From assembly GCA_965262725.1 (NCBI GenBank), contig OZ253555.1:3584001-3648000 (forward strand): 64,000 nucleotides of DNA, written 5' to 3'. Shown piece by piece: positions 51,593 to 61,576 of the stretch. The translations under genes were made by a program, and so were the position numbers. The stretch's first letter is position 1. Every line of letters begins with the position of its first letter. The DNA comes from Dehalococcoidia bacterium (lineage in GTDB: Bacteria; Chloroflexota; Dehalococcoidia; UBA2979). The notes under the pieces were generated by a model. That model ran no database searches. It saw nothing but the letters and a program-made list of their open reading frames with translations, and was not told the DNA's origin.

Positions 51593-51943
51593 CCTCCGCT
51601 AGCTCCATGAGGCTGCCCGGTCGGCTCCTTCCATTCTTGGATCGGGGTTCCGGCGATCTCCAACCGCGGAGCCACCCATCTCGGGTCAGCCTCGGTGCGG
51701 AGCTCCCCGACCTAGGGATTGCCAATCGAGCCGGAAGTCGGGCTCCGACAGGCGGCCGTCTCCGTCCACGTCGCACCATTCCATACCGAACGCGCTCGCA
51801 ACGGGCTCCCCCCTGCGCGGCGCACACCCCCTCGGGCCGCACTCGTACGCCAACAGCACTCCTACAAGCCCCTGGCCACGCCGCCCGCGCTGGTCCCCGT
51901 TGGGGGATACGCCGGCGTACGTGGGGTGGCTCACGTCTGGGCG

Positions 51944-51975
51944 TGGTGCGCTCGGCAGGAGTCGAAGCCGCGACC
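51944..51975 (-). pseudogene. tRNA 3'-end fragment (Arg-like), att-like remnant
   Basis: Minus strand GGTC-GCGGC-TTCGACT-CCTGC-CGAGCGC-A-CCA gives a T loop, 3' T stem, acceptor strand and CCA. No 5' half upstream. Confidence 0.6.
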
Positions 51976-52284
51976 GTCGCCGCGGCAGCCCGGAGTGCGC
52001 GACAGGGCGCCGCGCGTCCGCGAGCGAACCTCGGCGAACCCCGCACCGAACGTGACGCGGCCGGCTCCAGAGGGAGAATCCAGTCCCCGCGTCGTCCCTC
52101 GGGGCACGCACATCTCGAATCGCCGCCTCCGCGGGCGCCCCGGACCCCCCACGACCGACTCGCCCCGCTCACGGCCCGGCCGACGCCGAAACCGGCCGCC
52201 GCCCCGCCGCGGGCGCGGATGCTAGGCTGCACATGGCGACTCGTCGCTCCTACCTATGCTGCGACCCGTGGAGGAGAATTCGTC

Positions 52285-52638
52285 ATGCCCAACCCCGTCA
52301 TGCACTTTGAGATCGGTGGCGCCGACGGCGCCGCTCTCCAACAGTTCTACGCCGCAGCGTTCGATTGGAACGTGAACGCCGAGAACCCGATGCAGTACGG
52401 GCTCGTCGAGGCACAGGACACGGGCATCGGCGGCGGCATCACGGCTGCCGACCATGCGAGCGTCACCGTCTACATCGAGGTCGACGACCTGCAGGCGTGT
52501 CTAGACAGGGTCGAGACTCTCGGCGGCACGATCGTTCAGGAGATCACAACGATTCCTGGCATGGCGACGATGGCTCTCTTCGCCGATCCCGAGGGCAACG
52601 TGATCGGCCTCGCCCACTCGGAGACGCCGCCCTCGTAG
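52285..52638 (+). CDS. VOC/glyoxalase family protein
   Basis: GGAGGAG RBS; MPNPVMHFEI...FY...F.W...GIGGGI...VYIEVDDL...LGG...FADPEGNVIGL. Confidence 0.92.
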   Translation: MPNPVMHFEIGGADGAALQQFYAAAFDWNVNAENPMQYGLVEAQDTGIGGGITAADHASVTVYIEVDDLQACLDRVETLGGTIVQEITTIPGMATMALFADPEGNVIGLAHSETPPS

Positions 52639-52802
52639 GATCCGGGCGGCATCGAAGTTGTGCCGCCGCGGCACGTGGGCGCTGCCACCAGACGTTCACG
52701 ATCCGCTTTGCACCGTCTCGAACCTACGGCGCGCGGATGAGAACTCCGCGGGGAACGACAGGGACCCCGGCGGTGCGCGAACCCCGAGGAGACTCGCCCG
52801 TA

Positions 52803-53369
52803 CTAGGAGCTCGCCAGCATGAGCAACCGGCGCTCGGCATCCGTCGGGAGCGCACGGGCAGCCTCTTCAAACGACAGCACCAGCACATCGTCCACCAGCG
52901 CGTCGCCGGCCGGCTCGCCCTCGACGCTCACCACGACCGTCCGCAGCCATCCCTGATCCCACGTCCCGCGGCGCTCCCGGGGGAGACGGGCCGCCACCCG
53001 GCCCGCAGCGAGGCGTGGCTCGCCCACCGGGCGCACGCCGAGCCGCGCGTGCAGCACATCCGCGACCACAGCCGCCAGCGTCTCGCCGGGCGCGGGCGCC
53101 GGCAGCTCGAGCAGCGAGGTCCGTCCGGCGTCGCGGAGCCGCACCAGCACGCAATGTGCCTCAGCCGACTCGTCGGCGGGCGGGCCTGGCGGCATCACGA
53201 GCGGCACCAGCACCATCCGCTCGGGCGGATCCCGATCGCTCGCGGAATCGTCGTCGCGGGCCGCCCGCGGCGGCGTCGCGCGCCCGCCGGCGAACCGCGG
53301 GCGCGCGGCCTCGGTCTCCGCCGGGGCTCCGGCCCCCGCCGCCTCGTCGCGCTCCACCACCGCCGTCAC
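52803..53369 (-). CDS. Hypothetical protein, possibly degenerate NUDIX-like fold
   Basis: LELP..APGETLAAVV and LSFEEAARAL; overlaps the M16 peptidase stop (GTGA). Confidence 0.5.
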   Translation of the reverse strand: MTAVVERDEAAGAGAPAETEAARPRFAGGRATPPRAARDDDSASDRDPPERMVLVPLVMPPGPPADESAEAHCVLVRLRDAGRTSLLELPAPAPGETLAAVVADVLHARLGVRPVGEPRLAAGRVAARLPRERRGTWDQGWLRTVVVSVEGEPAGDALVDDVLVLSFEEAARALPTDAERRLLMLASS

Positions 53370-54661
53370 TCCACCCCGGGCAACGTCGCCTCAAGCGGCC
53401 CCTCGTCGGAGAAGGGAGCGACCACGGCGAGCCTCAGGGCCGAATCGCGCACCACGCGCTCCGCCACCCGCGTCACGTCGGCGACGCTCACGGCCTCGTA
53501 GCGAGCGATCGTCTCCTCGGGGGTGAGCGGCGGCAGGCCCAGCGCCGCCAGCGCGCCGTAGCGTGCCGAGACGGCGCGAGTGTCCTCGAGCCGCAGCTGG
53601 ATCCGTGAGCGGACGAGCGCCTTCGCGCGCGCCAGTTCCTCCTCCTCGACCGGCTCGCGGATGCGCGCGAGCTCGCGCACGATCGCGGAGAGCGCCTCCG
53701 CCGCCCGGGCGCGGTCGACGCCTGCGTAGACGCCGAAGCTGCCGGTGTCCAGCAGATGCGCCGCAGAGCTGTGCACGTCGTAGCAGAGCGCCAGCTCCTC
53801 CCGCAGCCGCACGAAGAGACGGGACGACATCCCCTCCCCCAGCACCGCCGAGAGCAGGCCAAGGGCGTAGCGGTCGGGATCGACGACGGAGAGGCCGCGC
53901 ATCCCCAGCGCGATGTGCGCCTGCTCCGTCTCCTTCGTCCTCAGCCGCACGCGCGTCTCGTCCTCGGGGCCGCTCTCGACCGGGATCCAGTCGGCGGGGG
54001 CGCCCGCCTCCCAGTCGCCAACAAGGCGTTCCGCGAGCTCTCGGGCGCCGTCCGCCTCCACGGCGCCGGCGATCGAGAGCACCGTCGCGTTCGCGACGTA
54101 CTGCGTGCGGTAGTAGGCGCGCAGCCGCTCGGCCGTGATCGACCGGACCGACTGAGGCGTCCCCGCGATGTCCCGTCCCAGCGGCTGCCCGGGCCACAGC
54201 AGGCCGTCGAGGAGCACCCCGGACAGCTCGTCGGGGGCGTCCTCGACCGCGCCGAGCTCCTCGAGAATCACGTCGCGCTCGCGCTCGATCTCGGCATCCC
54301 GGTAGAGGGAGCAGCGCAGCATGTCGGTGAGCACGTCCAGCGCCCGCTCCAGGTACTCCGGCGTCACCTTCGCGTAGTAGCTCGTCAGCTCGCGGTCGGT
54401 CGAGGCGTTGATGGATCCGCCGACCGCGTCGATTTCCGACGAGAGGTCGACCGGCCGCGGCCGGCGCTCGGTTCCCTTGAAGCAGAGATGCTCGCAGAAG
54501 TGCGAGAGCCCCGCGCTCGACTCCGGCTCGTAGCGGGCGCCCGCACGCACGTAATAGGTCGCGGACACCGACCGAGCGAACGGCATGGGCGTCACCACGA
54601 GTGTCAGGCCGTTGTCGAGCGTCGTGACGATGGATGCGTCGCCGCTGGCGACCGCCGTCAC
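53366..54661 (-). CDS. M16 (pitrilysin) family zinc peptidase
   Basis: TLDNGL, GLSHFCEHLCFKGT (inverted HxxEH), NAST and GMSSRLF..LRE. Confidence 0.94.
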   Translation of the reverse strand: MTAVASGDASIVTTLDNGLTLVVTPMPFARSVSATYYVRAGARYEPESSAGLSHFCEHLCFKGTERRPRPVDLSSEIDAVGGSINASTDRELTSYYAKVTPEYLERALDVLTDMLRCSLYRDAEIERERDVILEELGAVEDAPDELSGVLLDGLLWPGQPLGRDIAGTPQSVRSITAERLRAYYRTQYVANATVLSIAGAVEADGARELAERLVGDWEAGAPADWIPVESGPEDETRVRLRTKETEQAHIALGMRGLSVVDPDRYALGLLSAVLGEGMSSRLFVRLREELALCYDVHSSAAHLLDTGSFGVYAGVDRARAAEALSAIVRELARIREPVEEEELARAKALVRSRIQLRLEDTRAVSARYGALAALGLPPLTPEETIARYEAVSVADVTRVAERVVRDSALRLAVVAPFSDEGPLEATLPGVE

Positions 54662-54683
54662 GCCGCGGCCCGCGGAAGAGCGC

Positions 54684-55328
54684 TCACGAGCCGGCCCACA
54701 GCACGTCCCCGTGCAGGTCGTCCGGGTGCTCGCGCGCGGCGAAGGCAGCGTACTCCGCGCGGGAATCGACTATCGTCGTGCCGTCGCCGTGGCCCGGGAG
54801 CACGAGCGTCTCGTCGCGAAGCGTGTAGAGCCGCTCCGTGATCGAGCGGATCTCCTGCTGGAGGGCCTCCCCGGAACGGGAGGCGCCGGGCCCCCCGGGG
54901 AAGAGCGTGTCGCCGGTAAAGACGACGCCCGAGGCGCGCAGGCAGATCGACCCCGGCGTGTGGCCGGGCGTGTGGATCACCTCGATCCGGACGCCGTCCA
55001 CCTCCACCACACCCCCGTCGGCCAGGCGGCGCACGCCGCGTGCCTCGTCGATCTCTATCTCCTCCGCACCGGCGTAGACCGGTGCGGCGCTCGCCCCGCG
55101 GAAGACGTCGAAACCGTCCCAGTGGTCCCGGTGGTAGTGCGTGACGATCACGGCGCCGATCTCGCGCCCGGCGAGCGCCTCGAGCACCGCCTCGAAGCCC
55201 TCCGGCACGTCGATGACGGTCACCGCCCCGCCGCCGGCGGGGCGGATGATGTAGGAGACGTTCCCGAAGCGACCCAGATCCGGCAGGGCCTCCACTGTGA
55301 AGCGATCGTCGGCGTAGACCTGGGCCAT
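54684..55328 (-). CDS. MBL-fold metallo-hydrolase (glyoxalase II-like)
   Basis: THYHRDH, TPGHTPGS, FTGDTLFPGGPG and LPGHG. Confidence 0.92.
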   Translation of the reverse strand: MAQVYADDRFTVEALPDLGRFGNVSYIIRPAGGGAVTVIDVPEGFEAVLEALAGREIGAVIVTHYHRDHWDGFDVFRGASAAPVYAGAEEIEIDEARGVRRLADGGVVEVDGVRIEVIHTPGHTPGSICLRASGVVFTGDTLFPGGPGASRSGEALQQEIRSITERLYTLRDETLVLPGHGDGTTIVDSRAEYAAFAAREHPDDLHGDVLWAGS

Positions 55329-55379
55329 GGCACTCTCCTCGGCGCTCCGCGCGGCGTCCGAGGGTAGCACGGGGACCGC

Positions 55380-56402
55380 CTAATGCTCAGCCGCCCTCTT
55401 CCCCGCCGTCGCCTCCGGCGCCTCACCCAGCCCGCAGCGCCCGCCGGTGCGCCACGCCAGCCCCTCTGCAACGAGCGCGTCGAGCAGGCGACCGGCGCGC
55501 GCCCGCTCCCCGGGCGTCGCGGCGAGCCGTCCCAGCAGCACCCGCACGCCGACGGACCGCGCCCCGTTCGCGCCCGCCTTCTCGCGCAGGGCGCGCAGGA
55601 TGCGGCCGCGCCACTGTCGATCGGAGCCCTCGTAGCCCGGCTGGCGGCGGCGAGGCGGCGCCTCCTCGCCGCGCGCGAAGCGCGGCCGCGCCGCGCACAC
55701 GCGCTCCAGGGGGCAGCCACCGCAGCGCGGTCGCGCCCGGCAAGCGGCCGCACCGAGATCCATCAGCGCGGGGTTCCACCTCTCGGCGTCGCCGGGCGGC
55801 AGCATGTGCGCGGCCAGCCTCTCGACCTCGACGCGGGGGGTCGAGGCCACCGGATCGACCTCGCCCAGCACCGCGCGCCCCAGCACGCGGGTCACGTTCA
55901 CGTCGACGGCCGCGACCTGCTCGCCGTAGCCGAAGCAGCGGACGATGGCGGCAGTGAACGGACCCACGCCCGGCAGCGCCCTCAGCGCCCCCTCCTCCCG
56001 CGGCAGCTCCCCGCCGGCCCGGAGTGCGGCCCGCGCCGCCTCCCGAATCGCCACCGCGCGGCGCGGGTAGCCGGCGTCGCCCCACAGCGTGAGCACGTCG
56101 GCGCGCGAGGCGCCTGCCGCGTCCGCGAGCGTCGGCAGCGCCTCCATCCATCGCCGGTAGAGCGGCAGTACCCGCGGCATCGGCGTCTGCTGCGCGCACA
56201 CCGCGGCGACGAGCGCCGCGTAGGGGTCGCCGGGACGCCCCGGCCGCGGGCGCCACGGAACGTCGGCACCGTGCCGCTCGTACCAGGAGAGCAGCGCGTG
56301 GCGGATCCGGCGCACCCGGGCGGCATCGGGCAGGTCGCATCCCCTGCTCCGCAGGGCGCGGGCGCGATCCTCGGCCGAGCGGGCGGGCGATGACGCGAGC
56401 AT
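55380..56402 (-). CDS. MutY-like HhH-GPD DNA glycosylase with [4Fe-4S] motif
   Basis: WY....DVPWR, QQT, W..AGYPRRA, HhH LPGVGPFTA, VDVNV, LMDLGA and C-x6-C-x2-C-x5-C; short C-terminal YEGSDRQWRG domain. Confidence 0.85.
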   Translation of the reverse strand: MLASSPARSAEDRARALRSRGCDLPDAARVRRIRHALLSWYERHGADVPWRPRPGRPGDPYAALVAAVCAQQTPMPRVLPLYRRWMEALPTLADAAGASRADVLTLWGDAGYPRRAVAIREAARAALRAGGELPREEGALRALPGVGPFTAAIVRCFGYGEQVAAVDVNVTRVLGRAVLGEVDPVASTPRVEVERLAAHMLPPGDAERWNPALMDLGAAACRARPRCGGCPLERVCAARPRFARGEEAPPRRRQPGYEGSDRQWRGRILRALREKAGANGARSVGVRVLLGRLAATPGERARAGRLLDALVAEGLAWRTGGRCGLGEAPEATAGKRAAEH

Positions 56403-56472
56403 GGGCGCGAGGGTATCGTGCGCTCGGAAGCGGCGCGATCGGGCGCCGGGGACGAGCGTGCGGGGAGTCGGC

Positions 56473-57597
56473 ATGGGCCAGCGGGCCACCCTCTGGCGCG
56501 AGGCGATGGAGCGGCGCGCGCGGCCGCTGTGGCGCAGCACCCCGTCCAAGCGCTCCCGCCTCGCCCTCAGGCGCGTTCCCGTGATCCGCCGCCTCCCCGG
56601 CGTGAGGCGCCGGCCCCGGCCCGGGGACGCCGAGGGCGAGGGGCAGGAGCGCGTCGAATCGCGCGCCACGCGCATCGACGATCACCTGGTGCAGCACGTC
56701 GTCCGCGTACGGCTCTTCACGCGCACTTTCCCGACCTCGAACGTGTGGATCCTCCACGACGGCGACGAGGCCGCGCTCATCGACGCCGGTTTCGGGGACG
56801 ACTCCTCGGTCGTGGAGAGGCTCGCCTACCTCGAGCGCGAGATGGGGGAGTTGCGCGTCCACACCATCGCGATCACGCACCACCACAGCGACCACTCCTC
56901 GGGCGGGCGGCGCCTCTCCGAGCGCCTCGGCGCCGAGATCGCCATGAACCCGCTCGACGAGGTCCTGCTCCATACGCCGCAGGAGGGGAACGAGGATCTG
57001 CCCGACGATCGCGAGCTGAGCGAACGCGCGCGGCTGTGGCGACAGGAGGCGCTGGCGACCGAGGTGCACCGCCCCCTCGCCGACGGCGAGAGCTTCACAG
57101 TCGGGGGCCTCACCGTGCGCGCCGTGCACACGCCTGGACACACGGCCGGGCACACCTGCTACCTCGTCGAGGAGACGGGCGTGCTCTTCACCGGCGACAC
57201 GATCCTCGGCGTGGGGACGAGCGCCATCTCGCCGCCCCCGGCCGGCGACATGGGACAGTACCTCGAGAGCCTCGAGCGAATCGGCTCGCTCGGGGCCTCG
57301 CTCCTTGCGCCCGGCCACGGCCCCGTCGTGCGCGATCCCACCGCGAAGGTGCGCGAACTCCTCGACCACCGCCACGGACGCGACCGGCAGATCCTCGATC
57401 TCATCGACCGCGGCTACTCAAGCGACCGCCAGATCCGGCGCGCCCTCTACCCCGAGATACAGAGCGGCCTCAGGCGTGCGGCCCGCGGCCAGGTGCGAGC
57501 GCACCTCGCGCGCCTCGGCGAGGTGGGGACGCTCCGCGTCGAGCCCGGCGAGCGGGAGTGGCGAGCCGAACGCCCCGGGGCCGGGACAGGCGCCTGA
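56473..57597 (+). CDS. MBL-fold metallo-hydrolase with C-terminal winged helix (LACTB2-like)
   Basis: ITHHHSDH, TPGHTAGH, FTGDTILG, PGHGP and C-terminal QVRAHLARL. Start uncertain. Confidence 0.88.
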   Translation: MGQRATLWREAMERRARPLWRSTPSKRSRLALRRVPVIRRLPGVRRRPRPGDAEGEGQERVESRATRIDDHLVQHVVRVRLFTRTFPTSNVWILHDGDEAALIDAGFGDDSSVVERLAYLEREMGELRVHTIAITHHHSDHSSGGRRLSERLGAEIAMNPLDEVLLHTPQEGNEDLPDDRELSERARLWRQEALATEVHRPLADGESFTVGGLTVRAVHTPGHTAGHTCYLVEETGVLFTGDTILGVGTSAISPPPAGDMGQYLESLERIGSLGASLLAPGHGPVVRDPTAKVRELLDHRHGRDRQILDLIDRGYSSDRQIRRALYPEIQSGLRRAARGQVRAHLARLGEVGTLRVEPGEREWRAERPGAGTGA

Positions 57598-57755
57598 AGG
57601 CGGCGTGCGGGATCGTCCGCGACGGTCCATAATCAGACGCGGCACCGGATAACGCGCCTCCGCGCATCGACACGCGGACACGGCGCGTCCCGGGGCCGGG
57701 AAACAGCACCCACCGCACAGCGCGGGGTAGCCCTGTGACGATCCACGCGGCAGCG

Positions 57756-59117
57756 ATGCTGCCGCTCGCCGATCTGCTTCCCCTGACGGCCGGACTCACC
57801 TCCGGCGGCCACCTCGCGCTCGGCGGAGTGGACACGGTCGAGCTCGCGCGCCGCTTCGGCACGCCCCTCTACGTCTACGATGGGCACACGCTCAGCACTC
57901 AGTGCCGCGGCTACGTCGAGGCCTTCCGGGCCGAGTACCCCGAGAGCACCGTCCTCTACGCCAGCAAGGCCTACCTCAGCCGCCCGTTCGCCCGCCGGAT
58001 CGCCTCCGAGGGACTCGGCTTCGACGCCGTCTCCGGCGGCGAGATCGAGGTGCTGCGAGCCGCCGGCGTCGCGATGGAGACGGTCTACTTTCACGGGAAC
58101 AGCAAGGAGCGGTGGGAGCTCGATCTCGCCGTCGAGGCCGGCGTCGGCCGCGTCGTCATCGACAACGAGGATGAGATCGCCCTCCTCGGCGAGGCCGCCG
58201 CGGCCCGCGGCCTGCGGCAGCCTGTGCTCCTGCGCGTCTCACCCGGGGTCGACGCGCACACGCACGAGAAGACCACCACGGGGATACTCGACTCCAAGTT
58301 CGGCGTGCCGATAGCCACCGGCGCGGCGGAGCGCGCGCTCGCCGCCATCCTGAAACAGCCGGCGCTGGATCTGCGCGGCCTCCACATGCACCTCGGGAGC
58401 CCCATCGTCGAGCTCGCACCGTACGAGCTCGGGATCGCCGTCGTGGCCGACTTCGCCGCGAGCGTCTGCCGCGATCGGTTCGGCGTCGAGGTCCGCGAGT
58501 TCTCGCCAGGAGGGGGCTTCGCGGTCGGCTACGCGGCCGGGGATCCCGTGCCGACGCCTGCCGACTACGCGCGCGCGATCTCAGGCGCCGTGCGCCGCGA
58601 GTGGGGGGAAGTCGGCCTCCCCCTCCCGCACGTCTCCGTCGAGCCCGGACGCTCCATCGTCGCCCGCGCCGGAGTCGCTCTCTACGAAGTCGGTGCCCGC
58701 AAGGAGGTGCCCGGGATCCGCACCTACGTCTCCGTCAACGGCGGCATGGCCGACAACGTTCGCCCCGCGATGTACGGATCCCACTACGAGGCCCTCTCGG
58801 CCGAGCGACCGACCGCCGAGCCCGAGGAGACGGTCACGATCGCCGGCAAGTACTGCGAGTCGGGCGACGTGCTGCTGCGCGACGCCCGGCTGCCGCGGCT
58901 GCGCCGGGGCGAGCTGCTGGCGATACCCGCCTCCGGCGCCTACCAGCTCGCGATGTCCTCCAACTACAACCTCGCCTATCGCCCCGCCGTCGTGCTGGTC
59001 GAGCGGGGGGAGGCCCGCCTCCTGCGCCGCCGCGAGCGCGCCGTCGATCTGATGGCCCTCGACGTCGAGCCCGACCCCCCGGGCGCCGCGTCGCCGGTTC
59101 GGGAGGAGCCGCGATGA
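57756..59117 (+). CDS. lysA: Diaminopimelate decarboxylase
   Basis: FGTPLYVYD, YASKA (PLP Lys), HGNSK, SKFG, HLGS, EPGRSIV, GKYCESGD and SNYN. Confidence 0.96.
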   Translation: MLPLADLLPLTAGLTSGGHLALGGVDTVELARRFGTPLYVYDGHTLSTQCRGYVEAFRAEYPESTVLYASKAYLSRPFARRIASEGLGFDAVSGGEIEVLRAAGVAMETVYFHGNSKERWELDLAVEAGVGRVVIDNEDEIALLGEAAAARGLRQPVLLRVSPGVDAHTHEKTTTGILDSKFGVPIATGAAERALAAILKQPALDLRGLHMHLGSPIVELAPYELGIAVVADFAASVCRDRFGVEVREFSPGGGFAVGYAAGDPVPTPADYARAISGAVRREWGEVGLPLPHVSVEPGRSIVARAGVALYEVGARKEVPGIRTYVSVNGGMADNVRPAMYGSHYEALSAERPTAEPEETVTIAGKYCESGDVLLRDARLPRLRRGELLAIPASGAYQLAMSSNYNLAYRPAVVLVERGEARLLRRRERAVDLMALDVEPDPPGAASPVREEPR

Positions 59118-60256
59118 GTGAGGCATCCCGCTCCTCCGCCGACGCCGATATCGCCGACTCAGGCGACGCCACACCGCCGGACGGGGGTGGGTGGGGCGTC
59201 TACGGCCAGGAGCAGGCCGTCGCCTCGCTCCGCCGCGCGCTGCGCTCGGGCCGCCTCGCGCACGCCTACCTCTTGGCGGGGCCCTCAGGTGTCGGTCGCG
59301 CGACGCTCGCCCGCCGGCTCGCGCAGACGCTCTGCTGCGAAGCCGCCGGCTCGGGCGGGACGGAGGCGGCCTTCGCGCCCTGCTCCGAGTGCCAGAGCTG
59401 TCTCCGCATCGAGAGCGGCGCGTTGCCCGACATCGAGACCATCGCCATCGGCGGCCTCTGCGACGCAAACGGCGCGAACCACCGCGACCACGCCTCAGAC
59501 GGCTCCACCCGCATCCGCGTCTGCCAGGTGCGCCGCGTGGAGCGCCTCGCCTCCATCTCGCCGTTTCAGGCGTCCCGCCGCATCTTCGTCATCGACAGCG
59601 CCGATGACCTCCAGTACGAGGCCGCGCAGGCGCTGCTGAAGACGCTCGAGGAGCCGCCGGGGGAGACGCTCCTGCTGCTCCTCGCGAGTGACCCCGACGC
59701 GCTCCCCGCCACCGTCAGATCGCGTTGCCAGCAGCTCAGGCTCGCCCCGCTGCCGCCGGCCACGCTCGCGCGCGCCCTGACCGAACATGCCGGCATCGAG
59801 GCCGCCGACGCGGTGCGCCTCGCCCGCGAGTCGGGCGGGCGCTACGGCACCGCGCTGCGCCTGCACGCCGACCCCTCTCACGCCGTGCTGCGCGAGAGCG
59901 CGGTCTCAGACATCGGGCGGCTCATAGCCGCCGACCGCGCCGAGCGGCTCGACTACGCCGACATGCTCGCCAGGCGATGGAACCGCGAGCGCGCGAGCGT
60001 CCTGGAGCTGCTCGACCACTGGCGTGACTGGTGGCGCGAGCGCCTCCTCGACGCCGCCGGACTCAACTCCGAGGAAGACCGCGATGCTGCCGTGGTCGCT
60101 GAAGCCGTCTCCGCGCTCGCCGCGTTGCAGCGCGCCCGAGCGCACCTGCTTGCCCACGTCGTCGCGCAGTTCGCCCTGGAGGTCCTCATGCTCGATCTCC
60201 CGCGGCGGAACGCGCCCAGCCGAGAGGAGGCCGGCCCCCGGCCCGTCCCGGCATAG
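59114..60256 (+). CDS. holB: DNA polymerase III subunit delta'
   Basis: AHAYLLAGPSGVGR, Zn module C...CSECQSC, ALLKTLEEPP and TVRSRC. Confidence 0.9.
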   Translation: MSEASRSSADADIADSGDATPPDGGGWGVYGQEQAVASLRRALRSGRLAHAYLLAGPSGVGRATLARRLAQTLCCEAAGSGGTEAAFAPCSECQSCLRIESGALPDIETIAIGGLCDANGANHRDHASDGSTRIRVCQVRRVERLASISPFQASRRIFVIDSADDLQYEAAQALLKTLEEPPGETLLLLLASDPDALPATVRSRCQQLRLAPLPPATLARALTEHAGIEAADAVRLARESGGRYGTALRLHADPSHAVLRESAVSDIGRLIAADRAERLDYADMLARRWNRERASVLELLDHWRDWWRERLLDAAGLNSEEDRDAAVVAEAVSALAALQRARAHLLAHVVAQFALEVLMLDLPRRNAPSREEAGPRPVPA

Positions 60257-60280
60257 ACGGGCTGAAGCGCCGGAACCACC

Positions 60281-61576
60281 ATGGCCCACCTTGCCGGGGT
60301 TCGCTTCACCGAGGCCGGACCCGTCTCCTACTGCAGCGCCGGCGAGCTCGCGCTCGGCGTCGGCGACTACGTCATCGTCTCGACCGACCGCGGCGAGCGG
60401 CTCGGCTGGGTCGTGATCGCTCCCGACCAGGTGCTCTCCGGCAATCCGCCGGGCCCGCTGCGCGTCATCGCGCGGCTGGCCTCCGAGGAGGACGTGACGG
60501 CCTGGCGCGACGGGCGCGCGCGCGCGAAGGAGGATCACGGCCGCGCGCAGGATCTCGCGGCGCGCTCAGACTCCCGCCTGCGCGTCGCGAGCCTCGACTA
60601 CGACCTGGCGGGAGGATTCTGCGAGATCACCTTCGCCGCGAAGGAGCGGGTCGACCATGCCTGGTTCGAGCGCCAGGCCCGCGATCTCCTGGGCTGCGAC
60701 GTGCGCGTGGAGCAGGTCGGCGACCGCGACCGCGCAAAGGCCATGGGGGGGCTCGGCGTCTGCGGTCTCGCCCTCTGCTGCTCCACGTGGCAGACCGAGT
60801 TCCCGTCGATCTCGATCAAGATGGCGAAGGAGCAGGACCTCCCGCCCAACCCCTCCAAGATCTCCGGCGTCTGCGGCCGCCTCCTCTGCTGCCTCTCGTA
60901 CGAGGTCGAGTCCTACCGCGAGCTGCGCGGCGACCTGCCCAAGGTCGGACGGCGCGTGAGCACGCCCGTCGGGAACGCGCGCGTGACCTCCGTCAACGCG
61001 CTGACGCAGATGGTCCGCCTCCGCATGGAGAGCGGCCAGAACATCGACATCCCGGCGGATGAGCTGCGCGCGCAGTACGGCACCGCCGTCAGGCCCGCCG
61101 ACCTCCAGGAGGAGGTGGAGGCGCCGATTCGGAGCCGCGACGACGCCCTGCGCGACGCCCTGATCGCCCGGCTCACCCCCGTCGACGCCCCGGCGCCCGC
61201 CTTCGTGCAGACCGGGCGCCCCCCTGGGCGCAGAGCCGACCGCGCGCCGCGCGAGGAGCGCGGCGAAGCAGACGCCGCCTCCGGACGCGGGCCGGGTCGG
61301 GGGCGCGGCACCGACCGCGCTCGCGACGGCGCCCGGCCGGCCCGCACGTCGCGGCGCCGGCCGGAAGAGCCCCGGGCCACCGCGCCCTCCTCCCACCAGG
61401 ACGGCGTTCCCTCCGCCCCGGATCCCGACCGGCCCCCCCGGTCCCCCGACGAGCCGGCGGCCGGTGACGGGGGCGAGCGGAAGCGGCGTCGGCGCGGCCG
61501 TCGCGGCGGGCGAGGCCGGCGCCGCGGCCCTGGAGACGAGGGCGCGAACCAGGGCGATGGAGGAGGAGAGGGATGA
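60281..61576 (+). CDS. PSP1-domain protein (RicT/YaaT family)
   Basis: GGLGVCGLALCCSTW, SIKMAKEQDL and KISGVCGRLLCCLSYE; follows holB, as in Firmicutes. Confidence 0.9.
   Translation: MAHLAGVRFTEAGPVSYCSAGELALGVGDYVIVSTDRGERLGWVVIAPDQVLSGNPPGPLRVIARLASEEDVTAWRDGRARAKEDHGRAQDLAARSDSRLRVASLDYDLAGGFCEITFAAKERVDHAWFERQARDLLGCDVRVEQVGDRDRAKAMGGLGVCGLALCCSTWQTEFPSISIKMAKEQDLPPNPSKISGVCGRLLCCLSYEVESYRELRGDLPKVGRRVSTPVGNARVTSVNALTQMVRLRMESGQNIDIPADELRAQYGTAVRPADLQEEVEAPIRSRDDALRDALIARLTPVDAPAPAFVQTGRPPGRRADRAPREERGEADAASGRGPGRGRGTDRARDGARPARTSRRRPEEPRATAPSSHQDGVPSAPDPDRPPRSPDEPAAGDGGERKRRRRGRRGGRGRRRGPGDEGANQGDGGGEG

Noticed and set aside
57598-57755. Lysine riboswitch upstream of lysA
   Set aside because: The leader is short and lacks the conserved lysine-riboswitch core; only generic GC hairpins are present.
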